A stretch of DNA of 64,000 nt from an uncultured Acidobacteriota bacterium (GTDB lineage Bacteria; Acidobacteriota; Thermoanaerobaculia; Gp7-AA8). Position numbers and translations under genes: made by a program. Location of the stretch: contig CAWGHO010000002.1 in the NCBI GenBank assembly GCA_963822445.1, forward strand, positions 864,001-928,000, read 5' to 3'. Under the pieces are notes generated by a model. That model saw only the letters and a program-made list of their open reading frames with translations, made no database searches and was not told where the DNA came from. Below, in pieces: positions 44,945 to 55,675 of this stretch (the stretch's first letter is position 1; every line of letters starts with the position of its first letter).

Positions 44945-45810
44945 ACGACAATCCGCAACCGCTGCGGCGCGATCCCGAAACTCACCGGCGTCTTCGTCAA
45001 CGGCTCTCCATCGGCGTACACCGCCATAGCCTGCTCGCTCTCGAAGTGAAACTCGCGGCCGCGGCGCATCTCCACGAACGCGCTCTTCACGTGCGCGCCG
45101 GTGTAGGCCTTGGGCAAGGTCTTGAGCAACTCCACGCGCGTCGTGCGATGAACGATGCAGAGGTCGAGCAGACCGTCGTCGAGGCTGGCGTCAGGCGTGA
45201 TGCGGATGCCGCCGCCGTACTGTCGGGTGTTGCCGATGGCGGCGAACATGATCTGCTCGTCGCGCACGCCGCTCTCGGTGCGGATGCGAACGGGACGCGG
45301 CGTGAACTTCGGCAGGACCCGGAAGATCGCGTACAAGTAGACGGCGGAGCCGCGAAGGTAAGGCACGCCGCGATTCGCGAGCTCGGCCACCTCGGAATCG
45401 AAGCCGAGTCCGGCCACGCCGAGGTAGCGGATTCCGTTGGCCAGCGCGACGTCGACCTCGCGAACGCTGCCGTCGATCACGACGTCGCACGCAGCGCGGA
45501 TCTTGCGCGGAATCCCGACGACGCGCGCGAAGTCATCGCCCGAGCCGGTCGGAATGAGCGCCAGCGTTCCCTTCTCGAGGTCGAACTCGCGAACGGCCAG
45601 GTTCAGCGTCCCGTCGCCGCCGCAGATCACGACCCGGTCGTAATTGCCGCGCGAGCTGTCCGCGGCGATGCGCACGAGGTCGCCTGGATCGGTGCTCGGC
45701 TCGCAATCGACGCGCGCACCGCGGCCGCGCAGATGCTCTTCGACCTCGCGCACCCACCGCCGCGCCTTCCCCCGGCCGGCCATGGGGTTGTAAATGACTT
45801 TGAGATGCAC
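44935..45810 (-). CDS. Diacylglycerol/YegS-family lipid kinase
   Basis: NP.AG.G, GGDGT, IP.GSG.DFAR, G.GFD.EV, N...YGGG, DDG.LD, DGE. Confidence 0.92.
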   Translation of the reverse strand: MHLKVIYNPMAGRGKARRWVREVEEHLRGRGARVDCEPSTDPGDLVRIAADSSRGNYDRVVICGGDGTLNLAVREFDLEKGTLALIPTGSGDDFARVVGIPRKIRAACDVVIDGSVREVDVALANGIRYLGVAGLGFDSEVAELANRGVPYLRGSAVYLYAIFRVLPKFTPRPVRIRTESGVRDEQIMFAAIGNTRQYGGGIRITPDASLDDGLLDLCIVHRTTRVELLKTLPKAYTGAHVKSAFVEMRRGREFHFESEQAMAVYADGEPLTKTPVSFGIAPQRLRIVVPV

Positions 45811-45827
45811 GGAGCGACGGAGTGTAC

Positions 45828-46087
45828 CGGTTACGGGGTTTCGGGGTTGCGGGGTTCCGGGGTTCCGGGGTTCCGGGGTTCCGGGGTTCCGGGGTTCCGG
45901 GGTTCCGGGTTGTCAGGTTGTCAGGTTCTCGAGCAGCCCGACCCGATAACTCGACAACTCGACAACCCGACAACCACCCCGCAACCCCGCAACCCCGCAA
46001 CCCGACAACCACCCCGCAACCCCGCAACCCCGCAACCCCGTAACCTCGCAACCTCGCAACCTCGCAACCTCGCAACCTCGTAACCCG
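45828..46087. repeat. Long inverted tandem-octamer array with nested second repeat
   Basis: Left arm CGGGGTTN x9 (seven identical CGGGGTTC at 45850-45905); inner GGTTGTCA / CGACAAC repeats; right arm GCAACCCC and GCAACCTC units. Confidence 0.92.
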
Positions 46088-46100
46088 TAGAATCCAATCG

Positions 46101-47460
46101 ATGAAGTTCCGAATCACAGCTCTGGTCGCCATCCTCATCACCATCAACTGCAAGCCCGCCGCGGAGTCGCAGCCGGCGCGTCCGGCCCAGCAGAACATCC
46201 CTCCGACCGTCAGCGCCGCGCGCCGCACGCCGATCGTCGTCGTCGCGCACAATGTGCTGCCGACCGTCGTCAACATTCAGACCGAGGCCACGATCCGGCG
46301 CCGCGCGGTCGACCCGTTTTTCGATCCGTTCGGCTTCTTCGGCGGACGCGAGCGCGCCTACACCTCGCAATCCCTCGGCTCCGGCTTCGTCTGGTCGAGC
46401 GACGGAATCATCGTCACCAACAACCACGTCGTCGAAGGGGCGTCGCGCATCACCGTGAACTTCAACGACGGCCGCCAGCTGCCGGCGAAGCTCCTCGGCG
46501 TCGATCCGGACAGCGATCTCGCCGTTCTGCGCGTCGATGAACGAGGATCTGACCGCGGCGCCGATCGGCACATCCGGCGATCTGATGATCGGCGAGAGCG
46601 TGGTCGCGGTCGGCAATCCATTCGGACTCTCGGGAACCGTGACGACGGGCGTGGTCTCCGCGCTCGGCCGCTCCGTTCCCTCGCAGGATCAGAGCCGCAC
46701 CTTCACCGACTTCATTCAGACCGATGCCTCGATCAACCCCGGCAACTCCGGCGGTCCACTGCTGAACATCGAGGGGAAAGTCATCGGCATCAACGTCGCG
46801 ATTTACGCGCAGGCGCAGGGCATCGGCTTCGCCATCCCCGTCGACCGCGCGCGCAAGGTCATTCAGGACCTGCTGCGTTTCGGCGAAGTTCACGCGGCGT
46901 GGATCGGCGCGGTCACGGCGACGCTCACTCCCGAGGAAGCGAAGCGGCTGGGGCAAAGCGCGCAGCGCGGCGCGCTGGTCGTGCGCGTGTTTTCTGGCTC
47001 GCCGGCGGAACAGGCGGGTCTGCGCGCAGGTGATGTGATCACCACCGTCGCGGGCAAACCGGTCGACTCCCGCGAATCGTTTTCGACAGCGACGGCGACA
47101 CTCGCTTCGAGCCAACCCGTGGCGATCTCGATCATCCGCTCCGGCTCGACGCAAACCATTCAGGTGCGCCCCGCCGATCCGCCGGGCGGTCTCGGCTTGC
47201 GCATGCTCGAGGAAGTGGCAGGTTTGCGCGTCGCGGACGAGAGCCGTTCGGTCGTGATCGATGAAGTCCTCGCGCGCTCGCGCGCCGCGGACATCGGTCT
47301 CGCGCAGGGTGACGTGATCGTCGCGGTGAACGGCTCGGAAGTGAAGTCGACGCGCGATCTGAACACGGAGCTCATTCGCGGCGTGGAGCGCTCGTCGATC
47401 GTGTTGTCGGTGGCGCGGGGCAGGTTCGTTTACAACCTGACCTTCCCGATGGGGGTCTAG
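46101..47460 (+). CDS. htrA: HtrA/DegQ serine protease with two PDZ domains, one frameshift near 46541
   Basis: [52 protein letters not shown]. Confidence 0.92.
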
Positions 47461-47463
47461 TCG

Positions 47464-47928
47464 CTAAAACAACGCGGCCTGCACGGCCTGCGGAACAACC
47501 GCCGCAACGACCGGCCTCCGCAACTCGTTCCGCTTCCGCCCCAGCAGAATCCAGAGGTTGCGCCGCACCCACTCCTGCGACTCGCGGTGATAGTGGAACT
47601 GCCGCTCCGCGCGATGGAAGCGGCTGTTGTGATGCGCGCCGAGGACGTGGTGCAGGTATTCGTGGTGGATCACCGACTGGATGAAGAACGCCGGCACGTT
47701 CGCGGCGTTGAGGATCGGATGAATGCGGATCTCCGCCGTGGCGTGGTTGTAGGAGCCGAGGCGGATGCTGCGGCGGCGCTTGCGGGTGATCTGCTGGCCC
47801 CAGCGGACCGGCAGCGGCGGATATTTGGAGAAGTAGGTGCGATGCACCTCGGCGGCAAGCGACTCGAGGTGATGGTGGGTGTTGAAGAGAAGCGGGATAG
47901 GCGGCGTGTCGGCTTTTCTGACCGGCAT
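47464..47928 (-). CDS. SprT/YgjP-like Zn metallopeptidase domain protein
   Basis: LGSY, I.IHP.L, HEYLH...H...F motif. Confidence 0.7.
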   Translation of the reverse strand: MPVRKADTPPIPLLFNTHHHLESLAAEVHRTYFSKYPPLPVRWGQQITRKRRRSIRLGSYNHATAEIRIHPILNAANVPAFFIQSVIHHEYLHHVLGAHHNSRFHRAERQFHYHRESQEWVRRNLWILLGRKRNELRRPVVAAVVPQAVQAALF

Positions 47929-47956
47929 CGCCGCCTATTGTCTCACGGCGAGGCGG

Positions 47957-48295
47957 TCAGCCTTCGCCTTTGACCTTGTCCATCACCTGCGACACGTTGG
48001 CCATCGCCGCGGCGGAGACCAGGGACGTGCCCGCGGCGATGATCTCGTCGCTCTTCTTCATTCCGAGCCAGAGACCGACGCCGACGCCGATCGCGACCGC
48101 GGTGATCGGGAAGGTGCGAATGTGCTCGCGCCACTCCTCGGGAAGCAGCTCTTCGATCTCGTCCAGCACCGCACCGGGACCGCCTTCGACCATCTTCGCG
48201 CCGAGGGATGCGGCTTTGTCGCGCAGGCCGCCCTGCTCGTCGAAATCGAGACCGGCCGCGGACCGCTCGTGCTCATCAGGGGAACGTTTCGGCAT
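47957..48295 (-). CDS. Small membrane-anchored protein (DUF883-like)
   Basis: IRTFP..AVAIGVGVG.WLG helix; CAGGAG SD; cotranscribed with the YqjD-like gene. Confidence 0.6.
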   Translation of the reverse strand: MPKRSPDEHERSAAGLDFDEQGGLRDKAASLGAKMVEGGPGAVLDEIEELLPEEWREHIRTFPITAVAIGVGVGLWLGMKKSDEIIAAGTSLVSAAAMANVSQVMDKVKGEG

Positions 48296-48309
48296 GAATG
48301 ACTCCTGGG

Positions 48310-48609
48310 TTAGTCCTCGTCGTCGCGGCGGAGCAGAAGGCCGATCAGGAAACCGACGCCGACCGAGATCAGCAGGGCCTTGCCGGGATTCGACCGGACG
48401 TAGGTGCGGACCTGATCGGTGATTTCGCCGAAATCGACGTCCTCGACCCGCTCGCGCGTCGAGCTGTAGGCATTGCGAACCGCGCCTGACGCGGCTTCGT
48501 ATTTCTGATTCACGAATTCTTTGGCGCGGCCGAAGCGGCCTTCGCCGCCGGTATCACCGGCATCGGTTGCGCTTCCTCCGCCCGCTGTTCCGGTAGGGTT
48601 TTCGTCCAT
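48310..48609 (-). CDS. YqjD/ElaB (DUF883) tail-anchored protein
   Basis: ATG 48609 with AGGAGG; YVRSNPGKALLISVGVGFLIGLLLRR C-terminus. Confidence 0.85.
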   Translation of the reverse strand: MDENPTGTAGGGSATDAGDTGGEGRFGRAKEFVNQKYEAASGAVRNAYSSTRERVEDVDFGEITDQVRTYVRSNPGKALLISVGVGFLIGLLLRRDDED

Positions 48610-48682
48610 AGGTACCTCCTGTGGGCCGGACTCTATATCAGCCGCCCTTTCTGCAGCGGCCGTGCCCATACAATCGCGCGCA

Positions 48683-49357
48683 ATGCGCGTGGCCCTTCGC
48701 AACGTCAGTCACGATTACGGCTCGAGTGACGAGTCCGCCGCCGTGCATGTGCTCGACGACGTCTCGCTGGAGATCGCGTCGGGCGATTTCGCGGTGCTGA
48801 TGGGCGCGTCGGGAAGCGGCAAGTCGACGCTCCTGAATCTGATCGGTGCCGTCGATCAGCCCACGAGCGGCAAGGTCTTTCTGGGCGACATCGAGACCTC
48901 GTCGCTCGATGAAAAACGGCTCACCGATCTGCGGCGTCACTCGATCGGATTCATCTTCCAGTTCTTCAATCTCATTCCGACGCTCGACGTGTTCGAGAAC
49001 GTCGCCTTTCCGCTGTCGCTGGCGAGGCGGGCAAAGAGCGAAATTCGCGATCGCGTGGCTGCAGTCCTCGAGCAGGTCGGCCTCGCCCATCGCGCGAAGC
49101 ACTTCCCCAACGAGCTTTCCGGCGGCGAGATGCAGCGCGTCGCCATCGGCCGCGCGATCATCCATCGTCCGCCGCTGCTTCTCGCCGACGAGCCGACCGG
49201 GAATCTCGATTCGGTCACGGGGCTGAGCATTCTCGAGCTGATCCGGGAGGTTCACCAGGCCTTCAAGCCGACCATCGTCATGGCCACGCATTCCGCGGTC
49301 GCGTCCGAGTACGGCCATTACGTCGTGCAGATCACCGATGGGCGTCTCGCGCGATGA
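48683..49357 (+). CDS. ABC transporter ATP-binding protein (LolD/MacB-like)
   Basis: [43 protein letters not shown]; ATG 48683. Confidence 0.93.
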   Translation: MRVALRNVSHDYGSSDESAAVHVLDDVSLEIASGDFAVLMGASGSGKSTLLNLIGAVDQPTSGKVFLGDIETSSLDEKRLTDLRRHSIGFIFQFFNLIPTLDVFENVAFPLSLARRAKSEIRDRVAAVLEQVGLAHRAKHFPNELSGGEMQRVAIGRAIIHRPPLLLADEPTGNLDSVTGLSILELIREVHQAFKPTIVMATHSAVASEYGHYVVQITDGRLAR

Positions 49358-51900
49358 TCCTGCGCGCGCTCGTTCTTCGTCCCATCCTGCGCGAGAAGTT
49401 CCGCACCATGCTCACGATTCTCGGCATCGCCGTCGGTGTCGCAGTAGTCGTTGCCATTCAGCTCGCGAATCAGAGCGCGTTGCGCGCGTTTCGCGAATCC
49501 GTCGATGCCATCGCCGGCCGCGCGAACTACATGATCGTTCCCGAGGTCGCGCTGCTCGACGAGAGCGTTTTGATCGACTTGCAGCCGCTGTGGGCGAAGG
49601 GGGTGCGCTTCGCGCCGGTCATCGATGTGGAAGGCACGATCGAGCCGGCGTCACTGCCCGTGCGCATCCTCGCAGTCGATCTGATGAGCGATCTTCACTT
49701 CCGCGATTACCGCTACGCGAAGATCGTCCTTCCCGTAGAGAGCGCCCAAAAAGGGCCGGCGTACACCACCTACCTCGCCCTCTTTCAGCCCGACTCGATC
49801 ATCCTGCCCGCACCGTTCGCGGCGGAACGCGGCCTCGCCCTCGGCAGCAAGGTCACGCTCAACGTGCTCGGGCATCGCCGCACGCTCACCCTGCGCGGCA
49901 TGCTCGAGTCGAAGGGACCGGCGACGGCGTTCAACGGCGCGATGGTGATCTGCGACATCTCCGTGGCCCAGCGCAACTTCGGCATGACCGGCAAGCTGTC
50001 GCGTGTCGATCTGATGGTTCCGGACGAGGTCTTGCTGAAGCAGATTGCCATTCCGGAAGGCGCGCGCATCGAACGTCCCTCGCGGCGCAACGAGCGCGTC
50101 GAGAAGATGCTCCGAGCGTTCCGCGTGAACCTGTTCGCGCTCTCCGGCGTGGCACTGCTGGTGGGGATGTTCCTCGTCTACAACACCGTGCTCATCTCGA
50201 TTCTGCGGCGGCGCAAGGACGTCGGCATTCTCAAGACCGTCGGCACCGCGCCGCGCCAGATCTTCGCGGCGTTCCTCGGCGAAGGTCTGCTCTTCGGCCT
50301 CCTCGGCTCGATCCTCGGCATCCTCCTCGGCTCCGCGCTGGCCATCGCGATCCTCGGCTTCGTCGGACGGACCATCAACACGCTCTACGTCAAATCGCAG
50401 CCGCAGTCGGTCGAGCTCACGCCGGGCGTGATCGCGCTGGGGATGGCTGTCGGCACGATCCTGTCGCTCGTCTCCGCGCTGCAACCGGCGCTCGAGGCGT
50501 CGCGCGTGCGCCCGACGGCGATGATCCGCGCGGGTCTGCAGCAACGCGTTACGCACTCGCGCGCGCTCGCGCTCACCGCCGTCGGCTGCTTCATCGTCGC
50601 CGCACTCGTGTCGAGGCTCCCGCCCGTCGACGGGATCGCCGTCGCCGGCTACGTCGCGGTGACCTTCGTCGTCGCCGGCTTTTCTCTGCTCGCGCCGTCG
50701 ATCCTGCGCCTGACCACGGCCATGCTCTCGCCGCTGCTCGAAGCGCTGTTCGGTGTCGCCGGACGGCTGGCCGCGGTCGCTCTTCCCGCTTCGCTGCGAC
50801 GCACGTCCATCGCCGGCGCGGCGCTTTCGGTCGCGACGGGAATGATGGTCGCGGTCGCGCTGATGGTCGGCAGTTTCCGCGAGACCGTGCGCATCTGGGT
50901 CGATCAGACCGTGCAATCCGACCTCTGGCTCCGGCCGGCGAAAGGGTTGTCGAACGCGCCTCTCGAGCTGTTTCCGGCGGAGATCGCGGACGATCTTCGA
51001 AAGCTGTCGTTCATCGCCGCCTTCGATCGCATCCGCGCCCGCGACATCCTCTACGGCGACTCCGTCGTCATGCTGACCTCGGGCGAGTTCGACGTGGCCG
51101 AGCGCAACGCCGGTTTGAAGATGGTCTCGCCGCGATCAGCCACCGACGCGTTGCGCGCCGCGCAGCAGACCAACGGCGTGTTCGTGTCTGAGACGTTCTC
51201 CACGCGATACGGGAAGCACGTCGGAGACTTCGTCGATCTGCCGAAGCTGCGTCTCCCCATCCGCGGCATTTATCGCGATTACTCGAACGACCGCGGCGTC
51301 ATCGTCATGGACCGCAAGCTTTACGTGAAGACGTTCGGCGACGAGACAACGAACACGATCGTCGTTTACCTCAAGCCCGGCGTGACCCTCGACGGCGCGC
51401 GCAAAGCGCTGGAACGAGCACTCGGCGCGAAGTACGGCGCGTTCGTCATCACCAACGCCGAGATCCGCAAAGAGGTCATGACCATCTTCGATCAGACCTT
51501 CATGATCACCTACGCCTTGCTCGGCGTCGCGATCGTCGTCGCCGTGCTCGGCATCGTGAACACGATGACCGCACTCATCCTCGAGCGAAGCCGCGAGCTC
51601 GCCCTGTTGCGCGTCACCGGCCTCTCCGCCGCGGAGCTGCGGACGATGCTCGTCCTCGAGTCGGCAATCCTCGGCGTCGCATCGACAGCCACGGGACTGG
51701 TGATGGGTTACGCGTTGTCGTGGATTCTGATCAACGTCATCAACAAGCAATCCTTCGGCTGGACGATCGACTTCCACACCCCGGCCGCGCTCATCGCGGC
51801 GTCGCTCGGCATCACTCTGCTCGCGTCCGCACTGGCCGGCCTGGCACCCGCACGAATGGCCAATCGCATCCACATCGCCAGTGCAATCAAGAGCGAGTAG
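49354..51900 (+). CDS. FtsX-like ABC permease with duplicated MacB-PCD/FtsX (AttF/G-like)
   Basis: RT.LT.LGIAVGVAVV, RRKD.GILK..G, second half ER.RELALLR..G, VIN.QSFGW. Confidence 0.9.
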   Translation: MILRALVLRPILREKFRTMLTILGIAVGVAVVVAIQLANQSALRAFRESVDAIAGRANYMIVPEVALLDESVLIDLQPLWAKGVRFAPVIDVEGTIEPASLPVRILAVDLMSDLHFRDYRYAKIVLPVESAQKGPAYTTYLALFQPDSIILPAPFAAERGLALGSKVTLNVLGHRRTLTLRGMLESKGPATAFNGAMVICDISVAQRNFGMTGKLSRVDLMVPDEVLLKQIAIPEGARIERPSRRNERVEKMLRAFRVNLFALSGVALLVGMFLVYNTVLISILRRRKDVGILKTVGTAPRQIFAAFLGEGLLFGLLGSILGILLGSALAIAILGFVGRTINTLYVKSQPQSVELTPGVIALGMAVGTILSLVSALQPALEASRVRPTAMIRAGLQQRVTHSRALALTAVGCFIVAALVSRLPPVDGIAVAGYVAVTFVVAGFSLLAPSILRLTTAMLSPLLEALFGVAGRLAAVALPASLRRTSIAGAALSVATGMMVAVALMVGSFRETVRIWVDQTVQSDLWLRPAKGLSNAPLELFPAEIADDLRKLSFIAAFDRIRARDILYGDSVVMLTSGEFDVAERNAGLKMVSPRSATDALRAAQQTNGVFVSETFSTRYGKHVGDFVDLPKLRLPIRGIYRDYSNDRGVIVMDRKLYVKTFGDETTNTIVVYLKPGVTLDGARKALERALGAKYGAFVITNAEIRKEVMTIFDQTFMITYALLGVAIVVAVLGIVNTMTALILERSRELALLRVTGLSAAELRTMLVLESAILGVASTATGLVMGYALSWILINVINKQSFGWTIDFHTPAALIAASLGITLLASALAGLAPARMANRIHIASAIKSE

Positions 51901-51927
51901 ACTCGCCGCTCACGCAAGGAGGCCCCG

Positions 51928-53484
51928 ATGAAACGCGCATTGCTACTCGCAGTGGTCGTTGTTCTCGTCCCCCTCACCCTCTCCGCGCAGACCACGGGCG
52001 ACAACCGCCCGACACTCGTTCTGCTCAACGCCAAAGTCTTCACCGCCGATCCCGCGAAGCCGTGGGCCGAGGCGGTTGCCATTCAGGGCTCGAAGATCCT
52101 GGCCGTCGGCACGATGGCCGAGATCCGCCGGCTCGTTCCGGACGATCCGAAGTTTCCCGTGATCGATCTGCGCGGCCGCGTGGTCATCCCCGGCATCAAC
52201 GACGCGCACACGCATCCCGGCGACGCCGCCACCGCCTTCCGTCCATCGATCGGCTTCGACGTCGGTTGGTCCGAGGCTCAGGCAGCCATTGCGAACGCCA
52301 TCGATGAGACACCCGGCGACATGTGGATCGTCGGCACACTCGGACCTCGACTCGCCAGCGATCCCAGCCTCACCAGAACGCAACTCGACAAGCTCGCGCC
52401 CGGACGCAAGATCATCCTGCGCTCGTTCACCGGACACGGCGCCGTGTTGAGCAGCGCAGCGATGGCGGCGCTCGGCGTGGGTGAAAATGCCGTCGATCCG
52501 CCGGGCGGCTCGTTCGGACGCGACGAAAGCGGCCGCCTGAATGGCCGGGTCTCCGAGTACGCGCAATGGGCGCTCGATCGGCGTTTCTACAACCTGGCCA
52601 CCGATGACGAACTGGTCGACTCGGTGCGTTCCTTCGCCGCGGAAGCGCTGCAGTACGGGATCACCTCCGTGCAGGCGATGCCCAACCCCGACGAAGCGCG
52701 CTTCATGAAAGCCTGGCGCGCGGCGGGCGTGCCCATCCGCCTGCGCGTGATCAACTTTCCTACGACGCCGGACGCGCCACTGGTGACGGGCGCGCGGGGT
52801 CTGAAGTGGATCTTCGACGGAACGCCGATCGAGCGCGGTGCCGCGGTGCGCAAACCGTACAGCGGCGGCGGGCAGGGCAGCATCAACTTCAAGGACATCG
52901 CCGGCCCGATCAAGCGCGCCCGCGAGACCAATCAACAACTGCTGGTCCATGCGTCGGGTGACGAGACCATCGCCAGGCTCCTCGCGGCGATGAACGCCAT
53001 CTCACCGAACGAATGGGCGGCGAAGCGGCCTCGCATCGAGCACGGCGACGGCCTGCAACGCGATCTCTTCGACGCCACGAAACGCCTCGGCATCGTCGTC
53101 GTCCAGAACCCGTCGCATTTCCCTTTCCGCGGCGCGTTTCCCGCGGGCGATTACATGCTCGCGAAATCGATCGTCGACGCCGGAATCCCGCTGGCCTTCG
53201 GCTCGGACGGTCCGTTGAACCCGTTCCTGAACATCATGTTCGCCACCGATCGGCCCGATCTTCCTGCCGAGGCTCTGACGCGGGAGCAGGCGGTGACGGC
53301 TTACACGGCGACGGCGGCCTACGCGGAATTCGAGGAAGGGAAGAAGGGAAAAATCGCTCCGGGGATGCTCGCGGACCTGGCCGTCTTGTCGGACGACGTC
53401 TTCAAGTCGCGCATCGCCAACCTCCCCGAGATCCGCAGCGTCATGACGATCATCGACGGGAAGATCGTGTACCAGAACCTGTAG
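51928..53484 (+). CDS. Exported amidohydrolase (YtcJ/amidohydrolase 3)
   Basis: Signal peptide; PG..DAHTH; K...DG; HASGD; RIEH; FGSD; G.IAPG.LAD. Confidence 0.9.
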   Translation: MKRALLLAVVVVLVPLTLSAQTTGDNRPTLVLLNAKVFTADPAKPWAEAVAIQGSKILAVGTMAEIRRLVPDDPKFPVIDLRGRVVIPGINDAHTHPGDAATAFRPSIGFDVGWSEAQAAIANAIDETPGDMWIVGTLGPRLASDPSLTRTQLDKLAPGRKIILRSFTGHGAVLSSAAMAALGVGENAVDPPGGSFGRDESGRLNGRVSEYAQWALDRRFYNLATDDELVDSVRSFAAEALQYGITSVQAMPNPDEARFMKAWRAAGVPIRLRVINFPTTPDAPLVTGARGLKWIFDGTPIERGAAVRKPYSGGGQGSINFKDIAGPIKRARETNQQLLVHASGDETIARLLAAMNAISPNEWAAKRPRIEHGDGLQRDLFDATKRLGIVVVQNPSHFPFRGAFPAGDYMLAKSIVDAGIPLAFGSDGPLNPFLNIMFATDRPDLPAEALTREQAVTAYTATAAYAEFEEGKKGKIAPGMLADLAVLSDDVFKSRIANLPEIRSVMTIIDGKIVYQNL

Positions 53485-53497
53485 GAGAAATGGCCCG

Positions 53498-55675
53498 ATG
53501 CGAACTTGGCTGGCCCTGACGTCTTTGTTCCTTCTCTCCGCAATCGAGGTGCAGGGCCAAGGCGACCTGTCTGTCACCAAGACCGCTTCTCCGGCGGTCG
53601 TTCTTGCCGGCGAAGACATCACCTACACCATCGCCGTGACCAACGTCGGTTCGGACTTCATCACGAACATTCTCATTTCCGACTTCGTCCCGGCGAACAC
53701 CACCTTCGTGAGCGCGATTCTCATCGGTGGCGGAACTGCCGGCGGATGCGCGCCGCCGCAGGTCACGCAGAACGGCGACGTCGAGTGCAACCTCAACTCG
53801 CTGTCACCGCAGGGCGGCACCCGCTCGTTCTCGATCGTCGTCCGCGTCGATTCGGGTGCCGCCGGCCAGACGATCACCAACACCGCGACGGGCACCATGA
53901 CGCAGGCCGATCCCAACACTGCGAACAACTCATCCACCGCGGTGACGCCTGTGTCGCCGACGCCTCCGACGACTGCCGATCTTGCCGTATCGAAAGGTAA
54001 CGGGGACCGCCCGTTCGTAGGGCGGGGCGAAGTCGCCACGTTTGGGATCGTGGTGACGAACAGTGGACCGCTCGCGGCAGCGAACGTGACGATGAGCGAC
54101 GTCATCCCGGCCCAGACCACGTTCGAATCGCTGACCCAGATCAACGGACCGTCGTTCGGATGCACCACGCCGGCTCAGGGTGCTACCGGCACGGTCAATT
54201 GCTCGATCGCTTCCCTGCCGGATGACGCCAGCGCGAACTTCAGACTGGACGTGCGACTCGATGCGAATGCCACCGGCACCATCACCAACACGGTGACGGC
54301 GTCGACGACGACACCCGATCCCGACTCCAACGACCACTCCGCGACCGCGAGCGTCACCGTGACGAACCCGGGCGCGGATCTCAGCATCACCAAAACCGCC
54401 TCGCCGGCCGTCGTCACGGCCGGCTCCGACATCACCTACACGATCGTGGCGGCGAACGTCGGTTCGGAACTGGCGACGAACGTGCTCATTTCCGATTTCG
54501 TCCCGGCGAACACCACCTTCGTGACCGCGTTTCTCAACGGCGGCGGAACTGCCGGCGGATGCGCGCCGCCGCAGGTCACGCAACAAGGCGACGTTGAATG
54601 CAACCTCACGTCGCTTTCAGCGCAGACCAACCGGTCGTTCACGATCGTCGTCCGCGCCAATCCTGATGCCGTGGGCCAGACGATCACCAACACCGCGACG
54701 ATCACCTCCTCACCGACCGATCCCAACACTACGAACAATTCATCCACCGTGCAGACGCCTGTGTCGGAAGTGCCTCCGACCGACGCCGACGTGTCGGTCT
54801 CCAAAGCGTTGCCGGTGGGAGAGCTCGCGTTCGTCGGTCCGAACGAGATCGCCACGTACGTCATCACGGTCCGCAATGACGGCCCGCTCGCGGCGGTCAA
54901 CTTCACCCTCTCCGACACCATACCCTCCGGCACGACGTTCGATTCGTTCGCGCAGAATTCAGGCCCGGCGTTCACCTGCACGCTGCCCCCCGCGCCTGGC
55001 GCCACCGGGACGGCGAACTGCTCCATCGCCTCGTTCGCCGATCAGGCCATGGCCACGTTCACGCTGACCGTTCGCGCGAACGCGAACGCCACGGGCACGA
55101 TCACGAACACGGCCACGGTTTCATCATCGACTCCCGACCCGAACACCGCGGACAACAGCTCTTCGACGGCCATGACCGTGACCGAAAGCACCGGAGCGGA
55201 CCTGCGTCTGACCAAGACCGCCGATCCAACGACCGCGTCGCCGGGAACCAACATCACTTACAACGTCACCGTCACGAACATCGGCTCGGAGTTCGCGTCG
55301 GGCATCACCATCATCGATCCCATCCCGGCGAACACGACCTTCGTCTCCGTCGTCGAGCCGCCCGGCACGGCAGCCGACTGTTTTCCACCGGTCACGACGA
55401 ACGACGTGCGCTGCACCGTCGGCGGTCTGCTGCCGACGCAATCGTTCACGATGACCTTCGTGGTGCGCGTGAACGACAACGCGACCGGCACGATCACCAA
55501 CACCGCACAGGTCACGTCCAATTCGACCGATCCGGTGGTGCTGAACAACACCGCGGCCGCGGCGACCACGATCGGTAACGCAACCGCCGGGGACATCCCG
55601 CTGCTCGACCCGCGCGCCCTGATCCTTCTCGCAATCGCGCTCGCGATCGGCGGCGCGTTCGCTCTCAAGTCATGA
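53498..55675 (+). CDS. Secreted five-DUF11 protein with IPTL-CTERM-like anchor, paralog 3
   Basis: Domains homologous to those of paralogs 1 and 2; C-terminus DIPLLDPRALILLAIALAIGGAFALKS. Confidence 0.88.
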   Translation: MRTWLALTSLFLLSAIEVQGQGDLSVTKTASPAVVLAGEDITYTIAVTNVGSDFITNILISDFVPANTTFVSAILIGGGTAGGCAPPQVTQNGDVECNLNSLSPQGGTRSFSIVVRVDSGAAGQTITNTATGTMTQADPNTANNSSTAVTPVSPTPPTTADLAVSKGNGDRPFVGRGEVATFGIVVTNSGPLAAANVTMSDVIPAQTTFESLTQINGPSFGCTTPAQGATGTVNCSIASLPDDASANFRLDVRLDANATGTITNTVTASTTTPDPDSNDHSATASVTVTNPGADLSITKTASPAVVTAGSDITYTIVAANVGSELATNVLISDFVPANTTFVTAFLNGGGTAGGCAPPQVTQQGDVECNLTSLSAQTNRSFTIVVRANPDAVGQTITNTATITSSPTDPNTTNNSSTVQTPVSEVPPTDADVSVSKALPVGELAFVGPNEIATYVITVRNDGPLAAVNFTLSDTIPSGTTFDSFAQNSGPAFTCTLPPAPGATGTANCSIASFADQAMATFTLTVRANANATGTITNTATVSSSTPDPNTADNSSSTAMTVTESTGADLRLTKTADPTTASPGTNITYNVTVTNIGSEFASGITIIDPIPANTTFVSVVEPPGTAADCFPPVTTNDVRCTVGGLLPTQSFTMTFVVRVNDNATGTITNTAQVTSNSTDPVVLNNTAAAATTIGNATAGDIPLLDPRALILLAIALAIGGAFALKS

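Noticed and set aside
45828-46087. CRISPR array, or the repetitive ORFs predicted across this region
   Set aside because: 8-bp tandem units without unique spacers and no cas genes; the ORFs are low-complexity translations of the repeat.
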